64,000 nucleotides of DNA, taken from contig CAMNHY010000002.1 in the NCBI GenBank assembly GCA_946540005.1, positions 2,780-66,779 of the forward strand, in the 5' to 3' direction. Below are positions 56,318 through 63,763 of this stretch, piece after piece. Source of the stretch: an uncultured Clostridium sp. (GTDB lineage: Bacteria; Bacillota_I; Bacilli_A; Acholeplasmatales; Anaeroplasmataceae). Each line of letters starts with the position of its first letter. The stretch's first letter is position 1. A program made the position numbers and the translations under genes. Under the pieces are notes generated by a model, which saw only the letters and a program-made list of their open reading frames with translations, was not told the origin of the DNA and made no database searches.

Positions 56318-58247
56318 TATCTTCATCCTTCCTTTCTCTCTTGCTATACTTATATAATGTAAATAATTCTCTAACAGCTCTTATCTTTTCTAAATCAGTA
56401 AATTTAGAGATACTATTTTCAAAAGACTTTAATATTTCATTTATTTTTCCTTTTAATGATTCTTTCTTAATAAGTTCAATATTTGATTTAAATGAATTAG
56501 GGCCCTCATATTTAGTAATTAATTTATCGCTCGACAATGAAATTATCTTAGATATTTCAGTCATCCCTAGATCAATATTAGAATTTTGTATAAAGAAATT
56601 ATAGCTAGCTTCTAAAATTCTAACTTCTCTACTTTTTATATTATTTGGAGTAGAACTAACTTTAACTTCTTTATTTATCGCATCTTCTAGATTATTTAAA
56701 TCTACATTAAATATTGTAAACTCACCAAATCCTTTAAACAAATCACACGATATAGCATTAACTTTTGTTAAAGATTTAAACAAAATATATGATCCCGGTG
56801 TAACAACTGTTTCAATATTTCTTGGTAAATTCCTTAACATATTGTATCCACCAATATTTTTGAAATTAATTGAAAAAGAATTAACATCATTATTACTAAT
56901 TTGTTTTATTATATCTTGCTGATTTAGTATTGGAAATCCTTCATTTTTAAATAAAGACTCTGATTTAAAAATAACAAGATTACCCATATTATTCTTCTTA
57001 GTTTCAACATATTTTGCACTAATAATACATTTACCATATTGATTATATTTAGATTTACCTAAATATATTTCTTTAGAATTACACTTTGAAAATAATTCAT
57101 CTAAATCTTCTTGTTTACCTGTAATTCTGCATACAAAATGTTGTCCTTTAGTTAATGAGTAGAATTGATAAAATTTACCTAAATCAGTTCTATTTCCGAT
57201 TGTTTTATATAAATGATAATTATATTCAAATTCAGGTTCTATAATTTCAATATTCTTAAAGTCGCCTTTATGTCTTGTTACATATTCTAAAGTCTCTTCT
57301 TTTATATATTTTCCATCAAGGCTTTCTGTTTTACGATTGTTTTGATTTTCAGTTTTAACTAAATTATTAACATATATTGTACTACCGTCTTTATCCTTAT
57401 TTTTGACCCTGCGGATATAAGAAGGTACAGGAAGATATGTATTATAATCTTCGTCAGAAATGTATGCATTACTAAATCTTAATCCTTCATTGTTATTTAA
57501 GAATAGTCTGTCAAAAACTTTTTGATTAAAATTTTTTGTTTTTGCATAAGCATTTGCAAAATATCCATAAATTGTAGAACCCGGAATATAATCTAAACTT
57601 CTATCTTTAATCGCACCATTGATCATAAGATTATCCAAATTTGTGATATGAAGTTCAACTGTAGAAGTTTTCTTTCCAAGAGGTAAAAGCATATGAATCT
57701 TATTATCAATCTCTTGAAGAGTCATTTTAACATAGCCTAATCCTCTGTTTCTATGTACACCTAGATGGTGTACTAATGAAATTGCTTCAATTAGAAATTG
57801 TAAATATTTCTCATCAAATTCAAGAATTGATTCAAATTCAGTACCTTTGTTTACTACGTTAATTGTGCGCAAGGATCCATCTTTAACTTCTCCTGTCGTT
57901 TGGTCAATTGATGTAAATGTTCTTAAAGATACATACTTATCCTTAATAATATTAGAAGGTTCACTTGTATCTTTATGTTTAATAACCGCATCCTTAATGA
58001 TAAGATTTGCAGAGGTTGAAGAATTAGCAATTCCACAAGCTAATTCTTTTCCAAATAAATTATTAAAGTATTCTTGATTATTTATTTCTCTAGCACTGTC
58101 TTTAATTAAGCCTTTAATACGTCTAGCTGGAATATATGGATAACCTAATGAATCTGTGCATACATCTAAATCAACAGCAAGTCCTTTACCAATACCGCTT
58201 GCTATAGCTGCATCACTTTTTAATTCTATAATTAATTTAGCTCTCAT
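56310..58247 (-). CDS. Type III multi-domain RAMP fusion (Cas7-like N-terminal RAMP, second Csx10/Cas5-like RAMP, helical C-terminal tail that may be Cas11-like)
   Basis: About 645 aa. The ATG at 58247 (MRAKLIIEL) follows the cas10 stop by 1 nt; the track start is 58259. RAMP 1 has YIPARRIKGLIKDSAREI, NLFGKE and LGVHRNRGLGYV. RAMP 2 has DYIPGSTIYGYFANAY and LGKSKYNQYGKC. The last ~110 aa look helical and K/E-rich. Confidence 0.7.
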   Translation of the reverse strand: MRAKLIIELKSDAAIASGIGKGLAVDLDVCTDSLGYPYIPARRIKGLIKDSAREINNQEYFNNLFGKELACGIANSSTSANLIIKDAVIKHKDTSEPSNIIKDKYVSLRTFTSIDQTTGEVKDGSLRTINVVNKGTEFESILEFDEKYLQFLIEAISLVHHLGVHRNRGLGYVKMTLQEIDNKIHMLLPLGKKTSTVELHITNLDNLMINGAIKDRSLDYIPGSTIYGYFANAYAKTKNFNQKVFDRLFLNNNEGLRFSNAYISDEDYNTYLPVPSYIRRVKNKDKDGSTIYVNNLVKTENQNNRKTESLDGKYIKEETLEYVTRHKGDFKNIEIIEPEFEYNYHLYKTIGNRTDLGKFYQFYSLTKGQHFVCRITGKQEDLDELFSKCNSKEIYLGKSKYNQYGKCIISAKYVETKKNNMGNLVIFKSESLFKNEGFPILNQQDIIKQISNNDVNSFSINFKNIGGYNMLRNLPRNIETVVTPGSYILFKSLTKVNAISCDLFKGFGEFTIFNVDLNNLEDAINKEVKVSSTPNNIKSREVRILEASYNFFIQNSNIDLGMTEISKIISLSSDKLITKYEGPNSFKSNIELIKKESLKGKINEILKSFENSISKFTDLEKIRAVRELFTLYKYSKRERKDEDNA

Positions 58248-58248
58248 A

Positions 58249-59826
58249 TTATTCCCCACTTTCCTTTTTATAATCTATTCCATTAATCAAATCCAATAAT
58301 GATGTTGCATCATAATATTTAGCTTTATCATTGATGAATGGATTATAAATTTCTTCATCTTTACCTAATGCATTCAATTGATTTCTACTCTTTAATCTAA
58401 CAAATAATATCTTAGAATAAATAGGATCTTTTTCATATGTATTACGGATTTCTTTTAAAACTCCCCTACTTATTTTTAGACTATTATCATTTTTAAATTT
58501 GTTAAGATAATCTAATAATGAGCTTAATTTAACTTCTTCAGGGACATTTACGTTATCATCGACAACAAGATATGGTTTTAAATACAAGTGATTAAAATCT
58601 TTCCTTCTATTGATAAGATTCTTTGTAACACCTGTATCGCAAATCTCATAGTCTAACCATGATGTAGGTCTATTGAATCCTTCAATTTTAGTGTTAACTC
58701 TATAAAATTTAGCTTTAGACTTAGCTATACTACATACTTCTTCTGCCATTTCATAAGCCCTATGGAATGGGTAATGAATATGTGTATAACAAATTCCAGC
58801 ACAACATGAGAATCTATTATCCTTCTTTAAAAAATCAAAATTTTCATTAGATATATCATTTGATGGGTACAAAGACTCTAAAGATAACATATCCATTATT
58901 TTTTTAGTAATTGATAGGCTTAATCTAGAATCACAAATGAATGTAATATCATCTCCTGAATTTAAAATTAAACGGCAATTATTTTCGTAATTTTTAAGAA
59001 TGTCCTTAACCTTATTAACAAAAACATCATCAATCTTTTTTGAAATATCACGAGATATTGCAAGTTCTTGGCTAAATGATAATTTAATATTCTTAAAAGC
59101 ATTTAGATAGTTTGAAATCATTGCGCCCATATCATTACCATCAATATGTACAACTGCAATCATTCTCTTATCGGGTTCATTACCATTATCATCTTTAACT
59201 AGATCGTCAATAAACTTAATTGAAGATATTTGTTCCATATTCTTATAATGTTCGAGCTTAAGTTTACTTAGTAATGTTATATCTCTATTATCGTATGTAC
59301 CAATAATAGGAGTGCTATAAATTGGATCTAGCTTAGAAATAGGAAGATAATTATTTATAACTAGTCTTGCCATTCTTTTCTTAACTTCATCAAGTTCCTT
59401 CTTTGCCTCATTACGAAGATTAAAGAAACTCTTAGTGTTTTCATCAATTGTTGCCTTAGCGTAAGCTAACTGAAGACTTCCTGTTTCAAACAAAAATGCC
59501 TCTTGAAGTGCATTATTATATTCTATAAATAATTGATTATCCCCATGATAAAATATGAATAAATTCCCAGCACCAAGTGCAACATATTCTATATGATTAT
59601 CTTTAAAACTATTTAAATAAAAATTAATATTATCGTTAACATCTTTAATATGATTCTTCCAATTAGTATCAACACTAATACCATATTTTTTTGCAACCAC
59701 TGCAAGCTTAGAATCAAGATAAGTTCTAACCATATCTGATGCAGCAGTTATTTCTTTTATCTTATTAGATTGAAAGATGTATTCTTGAATACGTCTTACA
59801 TCATAAATAACTAAATAATTGACCAT
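58249..59826 (-). CDS. cas10: Minimal Cas10-like large subunit (two palm domains, SGDD motif, no HD domain, no Zn-finger)
   Basis: 525 aa. The protein starts directly with palm-1-like VIYDVRRIQEYIF...KEITAAS...LGAGNLFIFY. Palm 2 has AVVHIDGNDMG and NSGDDITF (SGDD at 58948..58959), followed by SCCAGICYTHIHYPFHRAYEMAEE. Confidence 0.75.
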   Translation of the reverse strand: MVNYLVIYDVRRIQEYIFQSNKIKEITAASDMVRTYLDSKLAVVAKKYGISVDTNWKNHIKDVNDNINFYLNSFKDNHIEYVALGAGNLFIFYHGDNQLFIEYNNALQEAFLFETGSLQLAYAKATIDENTKSFFNLRNEAKKELDEVKKRMARLVINNYLPISKLDPIYSTPIIGTYDNRDITLLSKLKLEHYKNMEQISSIKFIDDLVKDDNGNEPDKRMIAVVHIDGNDMGAMISNYLNAFKNIKLSFSQELAISRDISKKIDDVFVNKVKDILKNYENNCRLILNSGDDITFICDSRLSLSITKKIMDMLSLESLYPSNDISNENFDFLKKDNRFSCCAGICYTHIHYPFHRAYEMAEEVCSIAKSKAKFYRVNTKIEGFNRPTSWLDYEICDTGVTKNLINRRKDFNHLYLKPYLVVDDNVNVPEEVKLSSLLDYLNKFKNDNSLKISRGVLKEIRNTYEKDPIYSKILFVRLKSRNQLNALGKDEEIYNPFINDKAKYYDATSLLDLINGIDYKKESGE

Positions 59827-59840
59827 TATACTACCTCTTT

Positions 59841-60506
59841 CTATTTCTTTATCTCTATCATACCAAATCCTTGGCTATTTCTATCACCAAGCCCTACATC
59901 TAAAATGCATTTAAGGACTTTAGGATCAGCAATAATTGTTCCCTCTAAATAATAAGCTTCAATAATAATTAAATCCTTAAATTTGGTAAGATATTTCTTT
60001 TCTTTTTCCACATTTAAAATAATTGAGACCTCACGCCCTAATTTATGAGATAAATTTCTATTTATATATTCTAAAAATTTAGGGTCACTTGGCTTATAAT
60101 AAATTGTCTTTTTTTCTTCTGTTGTATGAATTGTAACAGGAGATAACGTTGTAAACTCAATCATTGATGATGTAATACAATCATCAATAACATCAATATC
60201 CGAACAATAAACATTTTGCCTAAAGAATGATAAATGTTTATGTAAAAGACCGGAGGTAATCGATATTAAGAAATTTAAATCATATGTTGATAAATAAAAA
60301 TACATTAAGTTATCAAATACTAAAGTATTCTCAAGTTTCGTTTTTTTTCCAAATAATTCAGAAAAATTAAATACGCTTATTCCCTTTAAGTCGTGATAAT
60401 AAGTACTATTTTTTTCTAGATTATTATAGATAAATCCTTGAATAATATGTTGATATCCAACCGGTATAACTAACTTTTCAAATGTCAGGGTAATTTTTAC
60501 TCTCAT
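59841..60506 (-). CDS. cas6: Cas6 CRISPR RNA endoribonuclease
   Basis: 221 aa with a RAMP fold signature and the C-terminal G-rich loop GLGDRNSQGFGMIEI. It lies between cas2 and cas10. Confidence 0.75.
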   Translation of the reverse strand: MRVKITLTFEKLVIPVGYQHIIQGFIYNNLEKNSTYYHDLKGISVFNFSELFGKKTKLENTLVFDNLMYFYLSTYDLNFLISITSGLLHKHLSFFRQNVYCSDIDVIDDCITSSMIEFTTLSPVTIHTTEEKKTIYYKPSDPKFLEYINRNLSHKLGREVSIILNVEKEKKYLTKFKDLIIIEAYYLEGTIIADPKVLKCILDVGLGDRNSQGFGMIEIKK

Positions 60507-60570
60507 ATATTCTCTCTAATTCTTTCATTTTTTATTATTATAGCATTTTTTAATAAAATGTTTAATAACT

Positions 60571-60675
60571 TCACATTTTATTTTTATGGTTTGTTCTATA
60601 TTCAATATATGTATCAACACATTCAAATATAAGATCAACAGCTATATTAACAATATTTTTTAATTTTTTAAACAT
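60571..60675 (-). CDS. Possible small ORF (34 aa) between cas2 and cas6
   Basis: Not in the ORF track. GAGGTG lies 5 nt upstream of the ATG. The ORF reads MFKKLKNIVNIAVDLIFECVDTYIEYRTNHKNKM* and sits downstream of the duplicated promoter-like element at 60706..60747. There is no homology evidence. Confidence 0.3.
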   Translation of the reverse strand: MFKKLKNIVNIAVDLIFECVDTYIEYRTNHKNKM

Positions 60676-60705
60676 AAAATCACCTCACGAATACAAACTA
60701 ATTTT

Positions 60706-60747
60706 AATATAAAACTATATTTGTTTACACGACAATTATGTCTATCT
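60706..60747 (-). promoter_or_regulatory. Promoter/operator-like element (copy a): AGATAGACATAATTGTCGTGT, -35-like TTGTCG, 18 nt, TATATT
   Basis: It is near-identical over about 21 nt to copy b at 62048..62068 and contains the inverted repeat GACA-N4-TGTC overlapping the -35-like hexamer. Confidence 0.5.
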
Positions 60748-60760
60748 AAAAGAAACTATT

Positions 60761-61015
60761 TTAACTCACAAAATATAAATCTTGAGAATTATAATCTAAA
60801 ATAGATAAATAAGTCTTCTTAGGTACAGTAATTAATAAGAGCCTATCAGATTCATTATTTAATTTATTTATATTTTTCTGCAAACTATTAAATTCACTTT
60901 GAGTTAATTCTCCTAAAAATAACGAATTTTGCGCATGAAACAAATATTTCTTAAATAATCTTAAATATTTCCCATCTCTTTTTTTATCAACATCATATGC
61001 AGCTATTACATACAT
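60761..61015 (-). CDS. cas2: Cas2
   Basis: I prefer the ATG at 61015 (MYVIAAYDV), with AAGGAG 7 nt upstream; the track start at 61054 overlaps cas1. YDV...LFKKYL...QNSLF is a typical Cas2 pattern. Confidence 0.8.
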   Translation of the reverse strand: MYVIAAYDVDKKRDGKYLRLFKKYLFHAQNSLFLGELTQSEFNSLQKNINKLNNESDRLLLITVPKKTYLSILDYNSQDLYFVS

Positions 61016-61019
61016 ATCT

Positions 61020-61964
61020 CTACTCCTTATAAAAGGATATTTGTCTTTGTTCATTTAATAAATATCTTCTTAATTTAATACAATCGCTTAATATAAGATC
61101 TTTATATTTAATTCTTTTATTATGCTTTGTAACAGTAGAATTAATTTTTCTTTCATATACTTCAATTATTTTTTTCTTTGAATTTGGTTTGATTATACAC
61201 ATATTGGTATTGTAAATAAAATCATCAGAATTAATAATCTTATTATTAATTAAAGTAAAAATTACTCTATCTACAATTAATGGCTTATATATTTCTGAAA
61301 TATCATATTCTAAACTACTTTTTCTATCTGTTGCAGAATGCAAAAAAGCTATTGAAGCATTTAAATTTGAACATAATATATTAATCAATGTATCTTTATA
61401 TATTAGTGAATTTATAAATGATATTAATGAATTAATTGGATCTGTAGGTGGATTCATTATTCTTGATTTAAATTCAAAATCTGGATTCTTAATTATTTCA
61501 TTAAAATATGAATAATATAATTTTCTTATTTTAGCTTCACATAATAATAAAATATTTATATCATTCTTATTCTTTATTTCACTTTTCAATTTAGAAAATA
61601 ATGTATTTGTTGTATCAATATGATAGCTATGCAATAGAGTTATCATATTATGCCAAACGGATTTTAAAATAGATTTAGCTATACTTATTCTTTTCTTTGA
61701 AATATACGCCTTAGTCATAGCAACTGTTATATCACCTTGTGATAAATTATCTGTTAGAAGATAATAATTATTTTTATTAAAAGTAAATAGTCTTATGTCT
61801 AATTCATTTAATTTTCTTATTAGATTAGTATCAAATAATACATTTTTAAATAGAAATATATTATTGACACTTTGATATGGAATTGAAATTGATTTATCCA
61901 TAGTTTTAAATATTAAGCCATCATCATAAATAAGTTCCCCATCTTCATATAGATATATATTCAT
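61020..61964 (-). CDS. cas1: Cas1 integrase
   Basis: I prefer the ATG at 61964 (MNIYLYEDG), with GGAGG 6 nt upstream; the track start is 62051. Conserved Cas1 blocks: LLLCEAKIRKLYY and FLHSATDRKSSLEYDISEIYKPLIVDRV, which carry the E, H, D/E catalytic positions. Confidence 0.85.
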   Translation of the reverse strand: MNIYLYEDGELIYDDGLIFKTMDKSISIPYQSVNNIFLFKNVLFDTNLIRKLNELDIRLFTFNKNNYYLLTDNLSQGDITVAMTKAYISKKRISIAKSILKSVWHNMITLLHSYHIDTTNTLFSKLKSEIKNKNDINILLLCEAKIRKLYYSYFNEIIKNPDFEFKSRIMNPPTDPINSLISFINSLIYKDTLINILCSNLNASIAFLHSATDRKSSLEYDISEIYKPLIVDRVIFTLINNKIINSDDFIYNTNMCIIKPNSKKKIIEVYERKINSTVTKHNKRIKYKDLILSDCIKLRRYLLNEQRQISFYKE

Positions 61965-62026
61965 ATAACCTCCATATAATCCATTCTTACTAAGAAATAT
62001 TTTAGTTATTGCTACATCTATAATAT

Positions 62027-62068
62027 ATACTATTAAACAACTTATAAACATGACAATTGTGTCTATCT
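62027..62068 (-). promoter_or_regulatory. Promoter/operator-like element (copy b): AGATAGACACAATTGTCATGT, -35-like TTGTCA, 18 nt, TAGTAT
   Basis: It lies between the last CRISPR repeat and cas1. It contains GACA-N4-TGTC and matches copy a at 60727..60747. Confidence 0.5.
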
Positions 62069-62146
62069 CATAATAAAAATTAGTACCCCTAAGTATATCT
62101 AGTTTTCTCTAGTCCAACTTTTGGGGTACTCAACATTAAATGAACA

Positions 62147-63223
62147 TTTATTATTCCTTAAAGGTACTGTTGTTACTCAAAGGAAATTAAGCAAACAAAG
62201 GACGGAAAGAATGTCTCTATTCCTTAAAGGTACTTTAGTTACTTAGAGTGCTTAAAGAGAACTAGAGAATTGTTAAAGAGTCTCTATTCCTTAAAGGTAC
62301 TTTAGTTACACAGGTTATCTCACAAGCCGACACCATTGAAGAATTGTCTCTATTCCTTAAAGGTACTTTAGTTACGTATTTGTTAATAATAAACATTACT
62401 ATGTTAAACCTGTCTCTATTCCTTAAAGGTACTTTAGTTACTAACTGAAGAATAATGATAAAGCGAAAGGCATAAAATGTCTCTATTCCTTAAAGGTACT
62501 TTAGTTACAAAACTGCTGATAATCTTATATATCAATTAGTTAGAGTCTCTATTCCTTAAAGGTACTTTAGTTACTAAAGTAAGTGCTTCAGAAGCAGAAA
62601 ACAAACATTTGTCTCTATTCCTTAAAGGTACTTTAGTTACAATTGGAGGATATATTATGGCAAAACAAAAAACTAGTCTCTATTCCTTAAAGGTACTTTA
62701 GTTACAATGTGCAAGTGGTATTCACTTCTTTAGAACTAGGTCTCTATTCCTTAAAGGTACTTTAGTTACCTATCGAGGCTTTCCCAAATTTTGATATTGT
62801 TATGTCTCTATTCCTTAAAGGTACTTTAGTTACTAGGACAAACACTAACGATTTTAAGAATTTGGTCAAGTCTCTATTCCTTAAAGGTACTTTAGTTACC
62901 TACTGGTGAGAAGATTCAAACAAAGTGGACAGCAAGTCTCTATTCCTTAAAGGTACTTTAGTTACTGAAGGTGAAAAGCTTGAAGCAAAGATTGTTGAAT
63001 TGTCTCTATTCCTTAAAGGTACTTTAGTTACGTTACATCCGTGTTGAGCGTAATCAAAATTATTCTGTCTCTATTCCTTAAAGGTACTTTAGTTACATAG
63101 ACAACATCATAGAGGAATACCTTTATAAAAGTCTCTATTCCTTAAAGGTACTTTAGTTACTATCTAAACTCAAGTCTTATTCTTGCTAGACTAGTCTCTA
63201 TTCCTTAAAGGTACTTTAGTTAC
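62147..63223 (-). CRISPR. CRISPR array: 17 repeats of 30 nt and 16 spacers of 33-37 nt
   Basis: The plus-strand repeat GTCTCTATTCCTTAAAGGTACTTTAGTTAC occurs 16 times identically. These copies start at 62213, 62280, 62346, 62412, 62479, 62545, 62611, 62676, 62740, 62804, 62870, 62936, 63002, 63067, 63131 and 63194. A degenerate cas-proximal copy lies at 62147..62176 (TTTATTATTCCTTAAAGGTACTGTTGTTAC). I infer minus-strand transcription for three reasons. The degenerate repeat is at the low-coordinate end. An AT-rich leader lies at the high-coordinate end. The minus-strand repeat ends ...AATAGAGAC, resembling type I/III 8-nt 5-prime tags. Confidence 0.97.
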
Positions 63224-63465
63224 AATACTTTTTGTAATATATATTACATTTAGTATATAACCCAACTTTATTTTATCATTTTTATTATCTTAATCAATAA
63301 AATCTTTCATTTTTATAATTAAATATTGTCTAAATTCTATTCATTTTTGCTTGTTTTTTATTACAACTTTTATTTACAAAATAAAACTCATTATATATTT
63401 TACTCAATTATTATGCAAAAAAAATATTTAAAATGCTATATTACATTTAATGATTATTATAAAAA
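63224..63465 (-). promoter_or_regulatory. Putative CRISPR leader
   Basis: An AT-rich, ORF-free 240-nt stretch abuts the non-degenerate end of the array. I did not map a promoter. Confidence 0.5.
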
Positions 63466-63678
63466 TCAAGAGGCGCTCGCAATAAGCACCTCTTGATGGG
63501 CAAGTTCGCTAATCTTCAACACATAATACAAACTTGGTTCATACTGACCATTCTCGTATCTAGAAATAGTACGAGAACTAATGCCAGTATATTCCTCAGC
63601 TTGTTCAAGCGTTAAGCCAGCTTGCTGGCGTAGTTGCTTAACAACTACATTATAATTATTATGTTTTAAATTGATCAT
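63466..63678 (-). CDS. XRE-family helix-turn-helix transcriptional regulator
   Basis: I prefer the ATG at 63678 (MINLKHNNY), with GGAGGA 7 nt upstream. The HTH reads LRQQAGLTLEQAEEYTGISSRTISRYENGQYEPS. The gene is visibly more GC-rich than its surroundings. Confidence 0.8.
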   Translation of the reverse strand: MINLKHNNYNVVVKQLRQQAGLTLEQAEEYTGISSRTISRYENGQYEPSLYYVLKISELAHQEVLIASAS

Positions 63679-63763
63679 ATTGATATCCTCCATCTGAGGA
63701 TCATCAAACTTGCTCTAACATCATTATAACATTTCTTTATATTTTTTCAACAAACGGTATGCA

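Noticed and set aside
3671-58077. All plus-strand ORFs of 60-160 aa in the track: 3671-3922, 7049-7243, 7337-7519, 8147-8407, 8543-8821, 8951-9430, 12990-13235, 17379-17627, 18166-18366, 20431-20622, 28123-28359, 29394-29594, 29898-30089, 31504-31707, 32872-33075, 35816-36007, 44742-45005, 56341-56604 and 57847-58077.
   Set aside because: Each lies antisense within a long, well-supported minus-strand gene. Their composition is low-complexity and L/S/F/I-rich, as expected for the antisense of AT-rich coding DNA. None has a convincing RBS or a recognisable motif.
58249-59826. An HD nuclease domain or Zn-finger in Cas10, and CARF/SAVED/Csm6/Csx1-type genes anywhere in the window.
   Set aside because: I looked for them and found none. 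The protein begins at the first palm domain, no H-D...H...D pattern or CxxC pairs are present, and no ORF in the window shows CARF-like motifs by eye. Absence by inspection is not proof, so profile searches are needed.
5369-62051. N-terminal extensions of several track ORFs (starts at 6868, 12198, 17584, 35532, 41303, 46908, 56326, 58259, 61054, 62051 and 63693).
   Set aside because: Internal start codons have properly spaced Shine-Dalgarno sequences. They also give N-termini that align with paralogs or yield clean signal peptides. The extensions would translate promoter or intergenic sequence, for example the G10 tract.
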